A stretch of DNA of 64,000 bases from an uncultured delta proteobacterium. GTDB taxonomy: Bacteria; Desulfobacterota; Desulfobacteria; Desulfobacterales; JAFDCJ01. The DNA is taken from NCBI GenBank assembly GCA_963769935.1, contig CAVYNY010000009.1:128001-192000 (forward strand), written 5' to 3'. This document shows, piece after piece, positions 51,175 to 60,343 of this stretch; position 1 is the stretch's first letter, and every line of letters starts with the position of its first letter. Under the pieces are notes generated by a model, which made no database searches, had not been told where the DNA came from, and was given only the letters and a program-made list of their open reading frames with translations. The translations under genes and the position numbers were made by a program.

Positions 51175-54100
51175 ATGACAGATAAACAAGCTAAATTTCT
51201 ATTCGACAAGCGAGATCACGAGCTGATCCGGATCGTCAATAATGTGCAGCAGGTCGAAAGCAGCGCCCGATTTGCCCGCAAGTTCTATTTCCCCTATCTT
51301 CATCCCCATGGTATCAAGGAGATGACCGAAACCAAGGGCTTGCGCGCGGCCTACGCTGTAGCGCAACTGCTCAATTCGCTCGAGATCGGCGGTGTGGATG
51401 ACCGTATCAATGCCCTGCGCTCGCTGCGCCATGAAGTGATCGACATCGCCGAGGGTCCGCTGCCCAAAAACACGGCCCGGGTGCTGCTCCAGATCATGAA
51501 AGACCTGGTGCGCGCCCAAGGGGATTACCGCAGGCAGCTGGAGCTGGCCCATGATTTCCGCCGGACGGCCTCGGGCAAACCGCGCCTTGTCCGCCGGCAT
51601 TTGCGACGCTACCACCTGCTGGAAATGCCCGAGGAGTGGAATCAGATTGCCTTTGACGACCACGTTCATGATGCCAACACCAAGGGCCGCAAATCCTCCA
51701 CTCACCTGATAATGGACGCCTGGATCAAGGGGATCCGACGGCTGCGCGTTATTCACTACAACTATATCGAGCCGCGGTTTGCCGCGGAACTGCTGGAAGC
51801 GGCGAGAATATTGGAAATCGACATCCGGATCGGCATTGAGTTTTCCAGTCGATTTCGCGATAAGTACGTCCAGCTCATCTGGGTCCCCCGGGGGTTCACC
51901 GATGCCCAGTCGTTTTTGTGCTTTCTGGCCGAGCCGCCCGTCATGCAGCTCATGCAAGCCGGACGCAGCGCCTCCCGTTACCAGCAACAGTATGTCATGG
52001 ACCTGCTGCGAAAATTCAACGAGGTGCACCGACTGGAAATCAATCAGGTCTTCGGCGTCGATCTGCCCCCGATCAGGGAGGACGAGTTTCTGGCCTTTGT
52101 CGGCATCGGGCAGAAATCCAAACTGCATCTGTCGAAATTCATTCACAACCAATTGCTGCAGGTTCTACAGAAACGGGCCGCGGCGTTGCGAGACGAGTAT
52201 CTCCAGGCGGATGGCGACCGACGCCGGCAAATTTCCGAGTGGATCCAGGCCACGAATGCGCAGGACCTGGAATCCGTGGTGGATGCCTACCTGGAGCCGG
52301 AAAAAAACGCGGGGATCGGCAATCCGGACACCCCCGTTGATGCACCGGACTGTCCGGAGCTGCTGCTTCTGTCCCCCCTCGAATTGCTGAGCCGGCTGGC
52401 CCAGTTCCACGCGGGATACCGGGTAACCCTGAATTTGTCCAATCTGGTGGTTGAAGACGTACTGGAACTGATTTATGACTGCCAGGGCATGATCACGCGC
52501 CTGGAAATCTTCAATCTCAAGGATTATGCCGCCGGCAAGACCGCCCATGTTCCCGATATCAGCCGGCTGATGCAGGCCGTCAACGAAGGCAGTGCAATTC
52601 ATCTCAAACAGGTTACCCGCGACATCATTGACCGGCTGATCCGGTCCGGTTCTGCTGAAAAAAAAGTGCAGATCGATAAATTAACGACGATTTTGCATGA
52701 TATCGATACCCTCAAATCCTTTTACATTGGAAAACCACTGAAGGCCCGCATCGGCAGTGACTCCACCGGGCGATCGAGCCGCATGCACGGCATGGGACTG
52801 GCAATTAAAGAAACCCTGCCCAAAAGAGCCCAACGGTCGATCAAGCGCGACCGCATGCAGGATGTACGGGAGATCATTCCCATCCGGATGATCGCTTGCA
52901 AGCAACTGACATTCCTTCCCAAAAAAGGCTATATGCCGACCAGGCAGGTATTGTACTGGCTGGCGGCTCTGCTGCCGATCAACGGCTGGCTGGGTTTGAC
53001 GCGCCGGGAAGGCTGGGAGGTGGAACCGGCAGCCACCCGCATGGCGGACCCGGGCAACATTGTAACCCTCGGGGGCGTTCAAAAGAACATCGTCAACGGG
53101 CTTTATCTGAACCCGCCGGAAGCCGCCGACCGGCGCATTCGATTTCGCTGGCGCAATCTCAACTCCCATCTGCAGAATGCGCTGAAAGTGGTCATCGGTT
53201 TCATTCCGGCGTTTGCAACCTTCGCCCTGACCAAGGACTGGTGGGTGTTGGCCTATTGCGGGGCGTTTATCTGGTTCGGCATTACCGGCCTGCGCAATAT
53301 TCTGCAGTCGGTTCTGGGCGGCGGCGGTTTCAAGCGCTCGCCCCTGCTCAATTGGAACGACTACATCAGCTGGAGCCGCATCACGGACTCCTTGATGTAC
53401 ACCGGTTTCTCAGTGCCCCTGTTGGATTATGTCGTCAAAACTTTGATCCTCGACCGGGCCTTCGGCATCACCACGTCAACCAACCCGGTGCTGCTCTACA
53501 CGTTCATGGCGGTGGCCAACGGCATTTACCTCTCCAGCCACAACCTCATCAGGGGGCTATCCAAAGGTGCCGTCTATGGAAATTTCTTCCGCAGTATTTT
53601 GTCCATTCCCATTGCCGTCGGTTTGAACATGGTCATCGGAATAATTCTGGCGGCCGGGGGCGTCGCCGGCGTCGATCTGGAATTGCAGAAATGGGCGGCC
53701 ATCATTTCCAAAGCCGCCTCGGATATGGTTGCCGGCGTCATCGAGGGCCTGGCCGACCGCCACAAAAACATCCAGAACCGCCTGCGCGAATACACAGGCA
53801 AGTTTGCCCAGCTGTTCGACATCTATGCCCAGCTGGAGCTGCTCTACCCGGATGTGCGGACTTTCCGAATTCTGGATAGACCCGACAATCCGCAGCGCCG
53901 GACCAGCGCTGAGGCGCGCGACCTGGAAAAAATCATTATGATCCACGCCCTGGATCTGCTCTACTTCTGGTTGTACCAGCCGCGTTCGCGCACGGCACTG
54001 CGCCAGTTCCTGCACACCTTGACCGAAGACGAGCGCCACATCCTGGTCAGCAGTCAGTTTACGTTGCTGCGGCACCGCGAGATCAGCCAGCTTTTTATCG

Positions 54101-54312
54101 ACGGCATCCTGGGCGACAACTTCCCGCGTCCCCTGTCTTTTTATTTATCGCGCTACGAAGACTACCTGAAAGATGTCAAACGCCTGATTTTCGACGAGCA
54201 GCTGAACGATTCAGGCCCCTCCGCCCGGCCGGGTGTCCCCGTTGAACCTGCCGGTGCAGCGACTGCGGTCAAGGACTACTGCGAGGCATCCGTGCGCCGC
54301 ACGGCGAACTAA
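51175..54312 (+). CDS. Large uncharacterised protein with PHP-like phosphoesterase motifs and C-terminal membrane domain
   Basis: DDHVHD..TKG, IGIEF, LEIFN and IGSDS motifs; hydrophobic segments at aa ~670-850. Confidence 0.75.
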   Translation: MTDKQAKFLFDKRDHELIRIVNNVQQVESSARFARKFYFPYLHPHGIKEMTETKGLRAAYAVAQLLNSLEIGGVDDRINALRSLRHEVIDIAEGPLPKNTARVLLQIMKDLVRAQGDYRRQLELAHDFRRTASGKPRLVRRHLRRYHLLEMPEEWNQIAFDDHVHDANTKGRKSSTHLIMDAWIKGIRRLRVIHYNYIEPRFAAELLEAARILEIDIRIGIEFSSRFRDKYVQLIWVPRGFTDAQSFLCFLAEPPVMQLMQAGRSASRYQQQYVMDLLRKFNEVHRLEINQVFGVDLPPIREDEFLAFVGIGQKSKLHLSKFIHNQLLQVLQKRAAALRDEYLQADGDRRRQISEWIQATNAQDLESVVDAYLEPEKNAGIGNPDTPVDAPDCPELLLLSPLELLSRLAQFHAGYRVTLNLSNLVVEDVLELIYDCQGMITRLEIFNLKDYAAGKTAHVPDISRLMQAVNEGSAIHLKQVTRDIIDRLIRSGSAEKKVQIDKLTTILHDIDTLKSFYIGKPLKARIGSDSTGRSSRMHGMGLAIKETLPKRAQRSIKRDRMQDVREIIPIRMIACKQLTFLPKKGYMPTRQVLYWLAALLPINGWLGLTRREGWEVEPAATRMADPGNIVTLGGVQKNIVNGLYLNPPEAADRRIRFRWRNLNSHLQNALKVVIGFIPAFATFALTKDWWVLAYCGAFIWFGITGLRNILQSVLGGGGFKRSPLLNWNDYISWSRITDSLMYTGFSVPLLDYVVKTLILDRAFGITTSTNPVLLYTFMAVANGIYLSSHNLIRGLSKGAVYGNFFRSILSIPIAVGLNMVIGIILAAGGVAGVDLELQKWAAIISKAASDMVAGVIEGLADRHKNIQNRLREYTGKFAQLFDIYAQLELLYPDVRTFRILDRPDNPQRRTSAEARDLEKIIMIHALDLLYFWLYQPRSRTALRQFLHTLTEDERHILVSSQFTLLRHREISQLFIDGILGDNFPRPLSFYLSRYEDYLKDVKRLIFDEQLNDSGPSARPGVPVEPAGAATAVKDYCEASVRRTAN

Positions 54313-54470
54313 GGTCTCACTCAAAAATAATTTCACATTTTATTCGCCGCTGCATCCCACCTGGCTGTGTTGCGAAAGCTCGGAATATCCAGATACTCCT
54401 GCGTTTTCGCGCCTTGCCAGCCGGGCGCCGCAACGCCTAAAATTGTGAACTAATTTTTTCGTGAACCCTA
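54312..54470. repeat. Palindromic REP/MITE-like element (family C)
   Basis: TCACTCAAAAATAATTTCACATTTT ... AAAATTGTGAACTAATTTTTTCGTGA imperfect inverted ends, with internal CCTGGCTG/CAGCCGGG and GCGAAA/TTTCGC stems. Confidence 0.75.
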
Positions 54471-54646
54471 AGTCGATTCGCCCTACAACTTCTTAATTGA
54501 CAGTCTCCATATTTTTGAATATAGGCATCGATACATCCGGCCTCGTCTGGAAGCGCGATGCGCGACTTTTTATTAGTGGCTTTACGCTATAACCCGACAG
54601 CGTGCTTTTAGGTTTGGCTTGATAAATTCTTCTGGGAGTCAGGCGC

Positions 54647-55240
54647 ATGTCGCAGGGAAAATCACCCGGGGTCCCAACGGGCGGCCGATTCACCTTCTTT
54701 GGCGAATTTCTGAAACATCCGCTTCAGGTCGCCTCGATCATTCCCAGCTCTCGCTGTGTCGAGCGGCGTATTGTGGAGACAGCCGGAGTTGATTTCGCAA
54801 AGTCCATTATAGAGTTGGGCCCTGGTACCGGGGGCACGACCCGAGCGATACTGAATGCAATGGCGCCGCAAGCCAAGCTTTTGAGCATTGAAATCAATCC
54901 GCGGTTGTACAACCTGGTAAACCGCATCAGGGACGAACGATTCATCGCTCACCATGGCAACGCCGAGAATCTGCTGGAAATCATTTCAGCCTATGGGGTG
55001 GAAGTCCCGGAGATTTTTATTTCCGGCATTCCCTTTTCTACCATCAGCCACTCATCAGGATCCAAAATTCTTGAAGCGATCTCGTCTGTTCTCGCCCCGG
55101 GGGGGCGCTTTGTGGCATACCAGGTTAGCAGCCACGTCGCCTCCGTCTGCCGGCCCTTTCTGGGTACGGCACAGGTAGAAGTGCAGCTTTTCAACATACC
55201 GCCGCTGCGAATCTACCGTTGGGAGAAAAATTTCAGATGA
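54647..55240 (+). CDS. Phospholipid N-methyltransferase (PmtA-like class I SAM methyltransferase)
   Basis: FLKHP..VASIIPSS, IELGPGTGGTT, ISGIPF and FNIPP motifs. Confidence 0.8.
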   Translation: MSQGKSPGVPTGGRFTFFGEFLKHPLQVASIIPSSRCVERRIVETAGVDFAKSIIELGPGTGGTTRAILNAMAPQAKLLSIEINPRLYNLVNRIRDERFIAHHGNAENLLEIISAYGVEVPEIFISGIPFSTISHSSGSKILEAISSVLAPGGRFVAYQVSSHVASVCRPFLGTAQVEVQLFNIPPLRIYRWEKNFR

Positions 55241-55431
55241 TTTGATTGCGCAAAATATTTTAGCATTTCCCTCAAGTAATCTGCAAAATTCCCGATAAAA
55301 AAGATGACTCCCTATACAACAAGTGAATTTATGATATAAGAATAAATCCCGACTTGGGTTGACAAGCCGCCAAGATTTGAATATAAACACACAAAACAGC
55401 GATTCTGGAGCCTGAAACAGATCCTCAATAT

Positions 55432-56748
55432 TTGAAAGCTGAACTAGTCATAAAACCGATGCCTAAATTCAAGATAAGCCCCGCTGCCCTGACGATGGTC
55501 CTGATTCACCTGATGGTTCTCGGCCTCGTGTTGACTGCTTCCGCCAATGACGTCGTCTTGGCGCTCGAAAATTCTTGGGACAGGCCGGACAGCTCTCAGG
55601 TCGAACACCCTGCAATGCGCGCGCCCGATGGGCCACTGACGGTTATCGAGGGCAAAATCGGTCGACAACCCGTCTACAACTTACTGGTGGCCTATGGCAT
55701 CGCTCCTTCAGAAGTGCTGTCTCTGACGCGATCTTTCAAAGGCCTATTTGATTTTCGCAACGCGCGTCCCAAAGATGAATTCAGAGTCTCCCTGACACCA
55801 CAAAAGAATCTGCAAAAACTCACCTATAAAACAGGGCTTACCGATCAATATATTGCCGTCCGAACCGATGACGGCGACTTTCGCGCCTATCACCAGGAAA
55901 TTGAGTTGGAGAGAGAATTCATCGCCAAAAGCTTTACCATTGAAAGTTCGCTTTTTCAGGCCGTATCCGACCAGCAGGAAAGCAGCTGCCTGGCGGCCGA
56001 CTTTGCCGGCATCTTCTCCTGGGATATCGATTTCTACCTTTTTCCCCGCAAGGGAGACACCATCCGGATGCTTTATGAAAAATATAGCCTTAAGGGGGAG
56101 TTTGTAAAATACGGCAGGATCCTCGCGGCGGAATACATCGGGCGCAACCGAAAATTCTCGGCGTTTTATTTCGACGACGGCCGTGAGGCAGGCTATTATG
56201 ATGAAAATGGTGTTCCGTTACGCAAGATGTTCATGCGCGTACCTGTCAAATTCGGCCTGTGCACCTCATCCTATTCGGCAAGACGCTTCCACCCCATCTC
56301 GAAAATATACAAGCGCCACACCGGCATCGATTACGGGGCCACCCTCGGCACGCCCATCTTTGCAACCGCAAGCGGCACCGTGGAATATGCCGGCTGGCGC
56401 GGCGGCTATGGCAAACTGGTGATCGTCCGCCATCCCAACGGTTACGAAACTTACTACGGCCACTGCAGCCGTTTGCGGGTCAAAAAGGGTGCCTATGTGA
56501 AACAGGGAGAGACCATCGCCGAAGTCGGCCAGACCGGCGACGCTACCGGTCCTCATGTGCACTATGAGATCCGCATCAACGGCCGGCCGGTGAACCCCAG
56601 CAGTCTGAAAACCACCAAGGCCCCCTCTCTGCCCCCCGATCAGCGGCTCAGGTTTGAGCATATGGTGCAGCAGCGCCTGCTGATGGTGGGGGATCATATG
56701 CTCTCTGAAAACCAGCAGACCGACGATACCACGGTGGGACTTCGCTAG
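55432..56748 (+). CDS. M23 family peptidoglycan DD-endopeptidase
   Basis: IFSWDIDF, HTGIDY, GGYGK, YGH and TGPHVHYE motifs. Confidence 0.93.
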   Translation: MKAELVIKPMPKFKISPAALTMVLIHLMVLGLVLTASANDVVLALENSWDRPDSSQVEHPAMRAPDGPLTVIEGKIGRQPVYNLLVAYGIAPSEVLSLTRSFKGLFDFRNARPKDEFRVSLTPQKNLQKLTYKTGLTDQYIAVRTDDGDFRAYHQEIELEREFIAKSFTIESSLFQAVSDQQESSCLAADFAGIFSWDIDFYLFPRKGDTIRMLYEKYSLKGEFVKYGRILAAEYIGRNRKFSAFYFDDGREAGYYDENGVPLRKMFMRVPVKFGLCTSSYSARRFHPISKIYKRHTGIDYGATLGTPIFATASGTVEYAGWRGGYGKLVIVRHPNGYETYYGHCSRLRVKKGAYVKQGETIAEVGQTGDATGPHVHYEIRINGRPVNPSSLKTTKAPSLPPDQRLRFEHMVQQRLLMVGDHMLSENQQTDDTTVGLR

Positions 56749-56897
56749 GAACAACAGAGAACAGAGGACAGAGGACAGATAAGAAGTTGAGAAGGTGAGA
56801 AGATCAGAAGGTAAGAAGTTGGGAAGTTGAGAAAAAAACCGGCATTTCTTCCTTTAGCCTTTCACCTTTAGCCTTTCACCTTTAGCCTTTCACCTTC
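56749..56897. repeat. Composite tandem-repeat block between convergent genes
   Basis: agaggac and gaagttga arrays, core GAAAAAAACCGGCATTTCTTCC, then cctttag/cctttca array. Confidence 0.92.
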
Positions 56898-57366
56898 ACC
56901 TTTCCCTACTTGCAAGACGCGGATCAAATCGGTAATTAATCGTGCTGCCGATGGTAATCTTTGCAAAATCCGGATGGTGCGGGCTGAGCAGATAGTTGTA
57001 TTCCTCAGGGATCACAACACTGGGCACTTTTAATACTGCAGATTTTCCTTGCTTAACCCAGCGATCCCCGATCGCTTTGATGGATGGTGCAGCAGGCCGG
57101 CTGTTCCAATCGTTTGGAAGAATGTCCAAAGGCAAGTCCATGATCAGGTTCGCCGGAATATGTACCGGGATTCTGACATATGCCTCCAAAAGCTTGGGAC
57201 CGGGAAGGTTTACCACCATTTCGATGGATGCTAAGGCAATGCTGCCGGCCGTGTATACCATGATGGTTCCCTTGCTGTTCCAGCGGCCGCCGCGAAGCCG
57301 CGCGCCTTCGCCGGAAAAAGCGTCGTCTTGGTATCTTGCCTGCACGATTCTCCACGCCGTTATCAT
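56896..57366 (-). CDS. RES domain toxin (NAD+ phosphorylase, MbcT/ParT-like)
   Basis: AWRI, FSGEGA..GGRWN, E, VPSV..PEEYNYLL.P.HPDF and FDPRL motifs. Confidence 0.93.
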   Translation of the reverse strand: MITAWRIVQARYQDDAFSGEGARLRGGRWNSKGTIMVYTAGSIALASIEMVVNLPGPKLLEAYVRIPVHIPANLIMDLPLDILPNDWNSRPAAPSIKAIGDRWVKQGKSAVLKVPSVVIPEEYNYLLSPHHPDFAKITIGSTINYRFDPRLASRER

Positions 57367-57767
57367 CAGGTGAAGATCCCATGTTCGATGCGGCCTAACA
57401 GGTCGTCCACTTCCTGAGCTCCAAGCTCAGTCTCGGCGAACTCCAGCGGTGGTATATCTCCCAGCGCCCATGCGGGTTCCTTGAGCCACTTGCGGCCCAT
57501 TTTCTTGTCTTCAAACACCTCCACTGCTCGGTCATACAGCCGCGCAATTCGGAAGATTCTTTCGGATTCTTCAAAGGTCATCCGACCGGATTTTTTTCGT
57601 CGCGCCAACGTGCTGATCGCAATGTTCAGCGTCTTGGCAAGCGACTTTTCGGACAATTCCAGGTTTTTGCATAGCCGGTCAAAAGCCTTCACGGACAATC
57701 CCTCCTTGATCTTGGCGATTAGCTTGGCACTGCTTTGCGGCTGAAGACCGATGGAGACCCCATACAT
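57366..57767 (-). CDS. Xre/MbcA/ParS-type antitoxin (DUF2384)
   Basis: STLARRK HTH; ESERIFRIARL..A.EVF and WL..P..ALG..P..ELGAQEV..LLGRIEHG motifs. Confidence 0.93.
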   Translation of the reverse strand: MYGVSIGLQPQSSAKLIAKIKEGLSVKAFDRLCKNLELSEKSLAKTLNIAISTLARRKKSGRMTFEESERIFRIARLYDRAVEVFEDKKMGRKWLKEPAWALGDIPPLEFAETELGAQEVDDLLGRIEHGIFT

Positions 57768-57892
57768 GACAATTGCCCTCCTGTTGCGTTTTTTATATGG
57801 CAATAATATAATTACCAAATGACAACTTGTAAAGCGAACAAAATAGTATCTGTTAATATATTGCTTCCGCTTTTACCCACCCGTTAATCGGC

Positions 57893-60100
57893 TCACTTCA
57901 CCGTAAAACTTACCACTGAGGTTTCCTGAAATTGCCCGGTTTGATCGAGCGCTATACGGGCCTTGACCGAATGGGCTCCCCGCTGCAACGGCCACCGGTA
58001 TTCGCCGGAAGGCGTGGTCACCGCCGGCTTGTCGTCGATATACCAGTCCACTTTTGTTTTTGTATTCAGGTTGGCCAGTCTGAAAACAAATGCCTCCTGA
58101 TCGTCGGCAATTCGGGGATCCATTGCCAATTGCAGCCCGGGGGTGGGATACTGCAGATACACCGGCAGTGCTTCGTAGGTGCGAACACCGGAAGATTCGG
58201 GTTCGGTTCCGGGAACGAACCACTCGCCGACGGCGGAGCAGCTGCCGTCGGCCGGCAATCCGCTGTCGCGGCAGATTTCCATTTTTATCAGCCGCGAGCT
58301 CAAATACAGCGGACGCGTGTCCTGGTGCCGATTGAGCTCCGCAAACACGGATCGCAATATCAGCGCCGGACCGTTGGATCCGGTGATACCGTCGGTGGCC
58401 TGATGGCTCAGGTTGCCGATCCAGACACCGGCCGTGAAGCGGGAATTATAACCGACGGCCCAGGCATCCCGGTAATCGCTGGATGTTCCGGTCTTAACGG
58501 CGGTTTGAACCGGAAACCGCAGCAGACTGCCGTTGCCGAATTCCAGCCGCCGGGCTTCCGGATCCGACAGGATGCTGCCGATCAGCGATGCGGTTTCGGA
58601 TGAAAAGATTCGGCGCGCGCTCTGCCGGGGCGGTTCGTCCATTAAATATTTCAGGGGTCGAAAAGTTCCCTGTCCGGCCAGCACCGTATAGGCCCGCACC
58701 AGTTCCAGCAGAGTAATTTCGCCGTTGCCCAGCGCCAGACCGTCGCCGTAAAAATCCGGGTGCTGCTGCAGGCTGCGGATTTCCAGTTCATGCAGACAAT
58801 CGAGAAACGCATCGACACCTGTAAACTGGATGGCACGCACCGCCGGTATGTTCAGTGAATTGCCGAGCGCCTCCCGGACCCTCAACGGCCCGTAATGCGT
58901 GCGGCTGTAGTTATGGTAGGAATGCAGACCCCGGCCGACGGCTTCGGCCAACGGTTGATCATCCACCAGCGTGGCCGCGGTCCAGCCTTTTTCCAGCGCC
59001 AGGGCATACAAAAGCGGTTTCAGGGTTGAGCCCGGCTGGCGGGGCGTGGTGACCGCATCAATCCAGCTGGCCGGAATATCCGCCAGATAGCTGCCGCTGT
59101 TTACCCACGCCAGCACCTCACTGCGCTGATGGTCTATGATCAATACCGCTCCGTTTTCGGCGCCCCGTTTTTTGATATCTTTCAGCCGATTGTCCAGGAT
59201 GGATTGAACGATGCGCTGCAGGCCGGAATCAAGCGTGCTGTGCAGGCGAACGGTATCCTGCAAATCCGCCGGCGGTAATATTTGAAAGAGGTGGTGAACG
59301 AAGTGATCGGCCTGCACGGGAATATCGCCGGTTCTAATCTCCAGCGCATCGGTGCTGATCATCGCGTAGCGTTCTGCATCGATGATCCCGTCCTGCAGCA
59401 GACGATCCGCAAGTCCGGCAATCGAACGAGCCAGGTCATCCGGCTTGCTGCGCACATCCAGGCGGGCCGGCGCCCGGACCATCACCACCAGGGCCAGCAT
59501 TTCCTTGGTGCTCAGCGTGTCCGGATCGCGATCAAAAAAATAGCGGGCCGCCTGCACCACACCCCTCCGCCGGGCGGTATATGGCACCTGATTGAGGTAA
59601 AACTCCAGAATTTCGCTTTTAGAAAAAGATTTTTCAAGCCCGGCGGCCTCGATACCTTCCAGCCAGCGCGACCAGAGGGTGCGCGGCCGCGGATGCCACA
59701 TGCGAACCACCTGCTCGCTGATAGTGCTTGCGCCCCTCACCGATCGCAGCGCTTTTATATTTTGCCAGAGCGCATGCAGGCGTGCCGGCCAGTCGACGCC
59801 GCCATGCTCAAAGAACCGCTGATCCTCGGACGCCACGAACGCCTGCCGCAGAAAATCGGGAATATCGTGCAACGGCACAAAGTCATGGATGTTCCAACGG
59901 TTCTGGTAGGTGACCGTCAGCGGAACATAATTGCGATCGACAATCTGAACTTTTCGCAGATGGGTAGAACCCAGGGCCAGTGAATCCGGCAGCGGCCGAA
60001 GATCGGCCCGGGTTTTCCAAAACAAGCCCCCTGCAATCAATACCGTCGACACCAATAAAGCTGCGGCCGCTTTTCTGGTTATGGCGTGTTTTCTATCCAT
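57893..60100 (-). CDS. pbpC: Penicillin-binding protein 1C
   Basis: Transglycosylase EDQRFFEHGG and GASTISEQ motifs; transpeptidase STLK, SLN and KTGT motifs; downstream of A2M. Confidence 0.92.
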   Translation of the reverse strand: MDRKHAITRKAAAALLVSTVLIAGGLFWKTRADLRPLPDSLALGSTHLRKVQIVDRNYVPLTVTYQNRWNIHDFVPLHDIPDFLRQAFVASEDQRFFEHGGVDWPARLHALWQNIKALRSVRGASTISEQVVRMWHPRPRTLWSRWLEGIEAAGLEKSFSKSEILEFYLNQVPYTARRRGVVQAARYFFDRDPDTLSTKEMLALVVMVRAPARLDVRSKPDDLARSIAGLADRLLQDGIIDAERYAMISTDALEIRTGDIPVQADHFVHHLFQILPPADLQDTVRLHSTLDSGLQRIVQSILDNRLKDIKKRGAENGAVLIIDHQRSEVLAWVNSGSYLADIPASWIDAVTTPRQPGSTLKPLLYALALEKGWTAATLVDDQPLAEAVGRGLHSYHNYSRTHYGPLRVREALGNSLNIPAVRAIQFTGVDAFLDCLHELEIRSLQQHPDFYGDGLALGNGEITLLELVRAYTVLAGQGTFRPLKYLMDEPPRQSARRIFSSETASLIGSILSDPEARRLEFGNGSLLRFPVQTAVKTGTSSDYRDAWAVGYNSRFTAGVWIGNLSHQATDGITGSNGPALILRSVFAELNRHQDTRPLYLSSRLIKMEICRDSGLPADGSCSAVGEWFVPGTEPESSGVRTYEALPVYLQYPTPGLQLAMDPRIADDQEAFVFRLANLNTKTKVDWYIDDKPAVTTPSGEYRWPLQRGAHSVKARIALDQTGQFQETSVVSFTVK

Positions 60101-60104
60101 GCTT

Positions 60105-60343
60105 GTTTTGTTAATTGAGTTTGTTGCGTTTGTTGAGTTTGTTGTGTCGATTGAGTTGATGGAGTTGATTGGAACTGCCAGGTTTTTTAACCAACTTCTC
60201 AAACAAGCCTCATTACTTAATCGACGATCGAGCTATCGCAGCCTTTTATCTAGCCTTTGGCGCTTCACTTTGCGCCATTGACACCTGAACCTAACTGATA
60301 ACCTATAACCGTTCTTCTCTTCTTATTTCATCTTCTTCTCTTC
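60105..60343. repeat. Tandem 9-mer and C/T-rich arrays between A2M and pbpC
   Basis: gtttgttga array and ttcttctct array. Confidence 0.85.
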
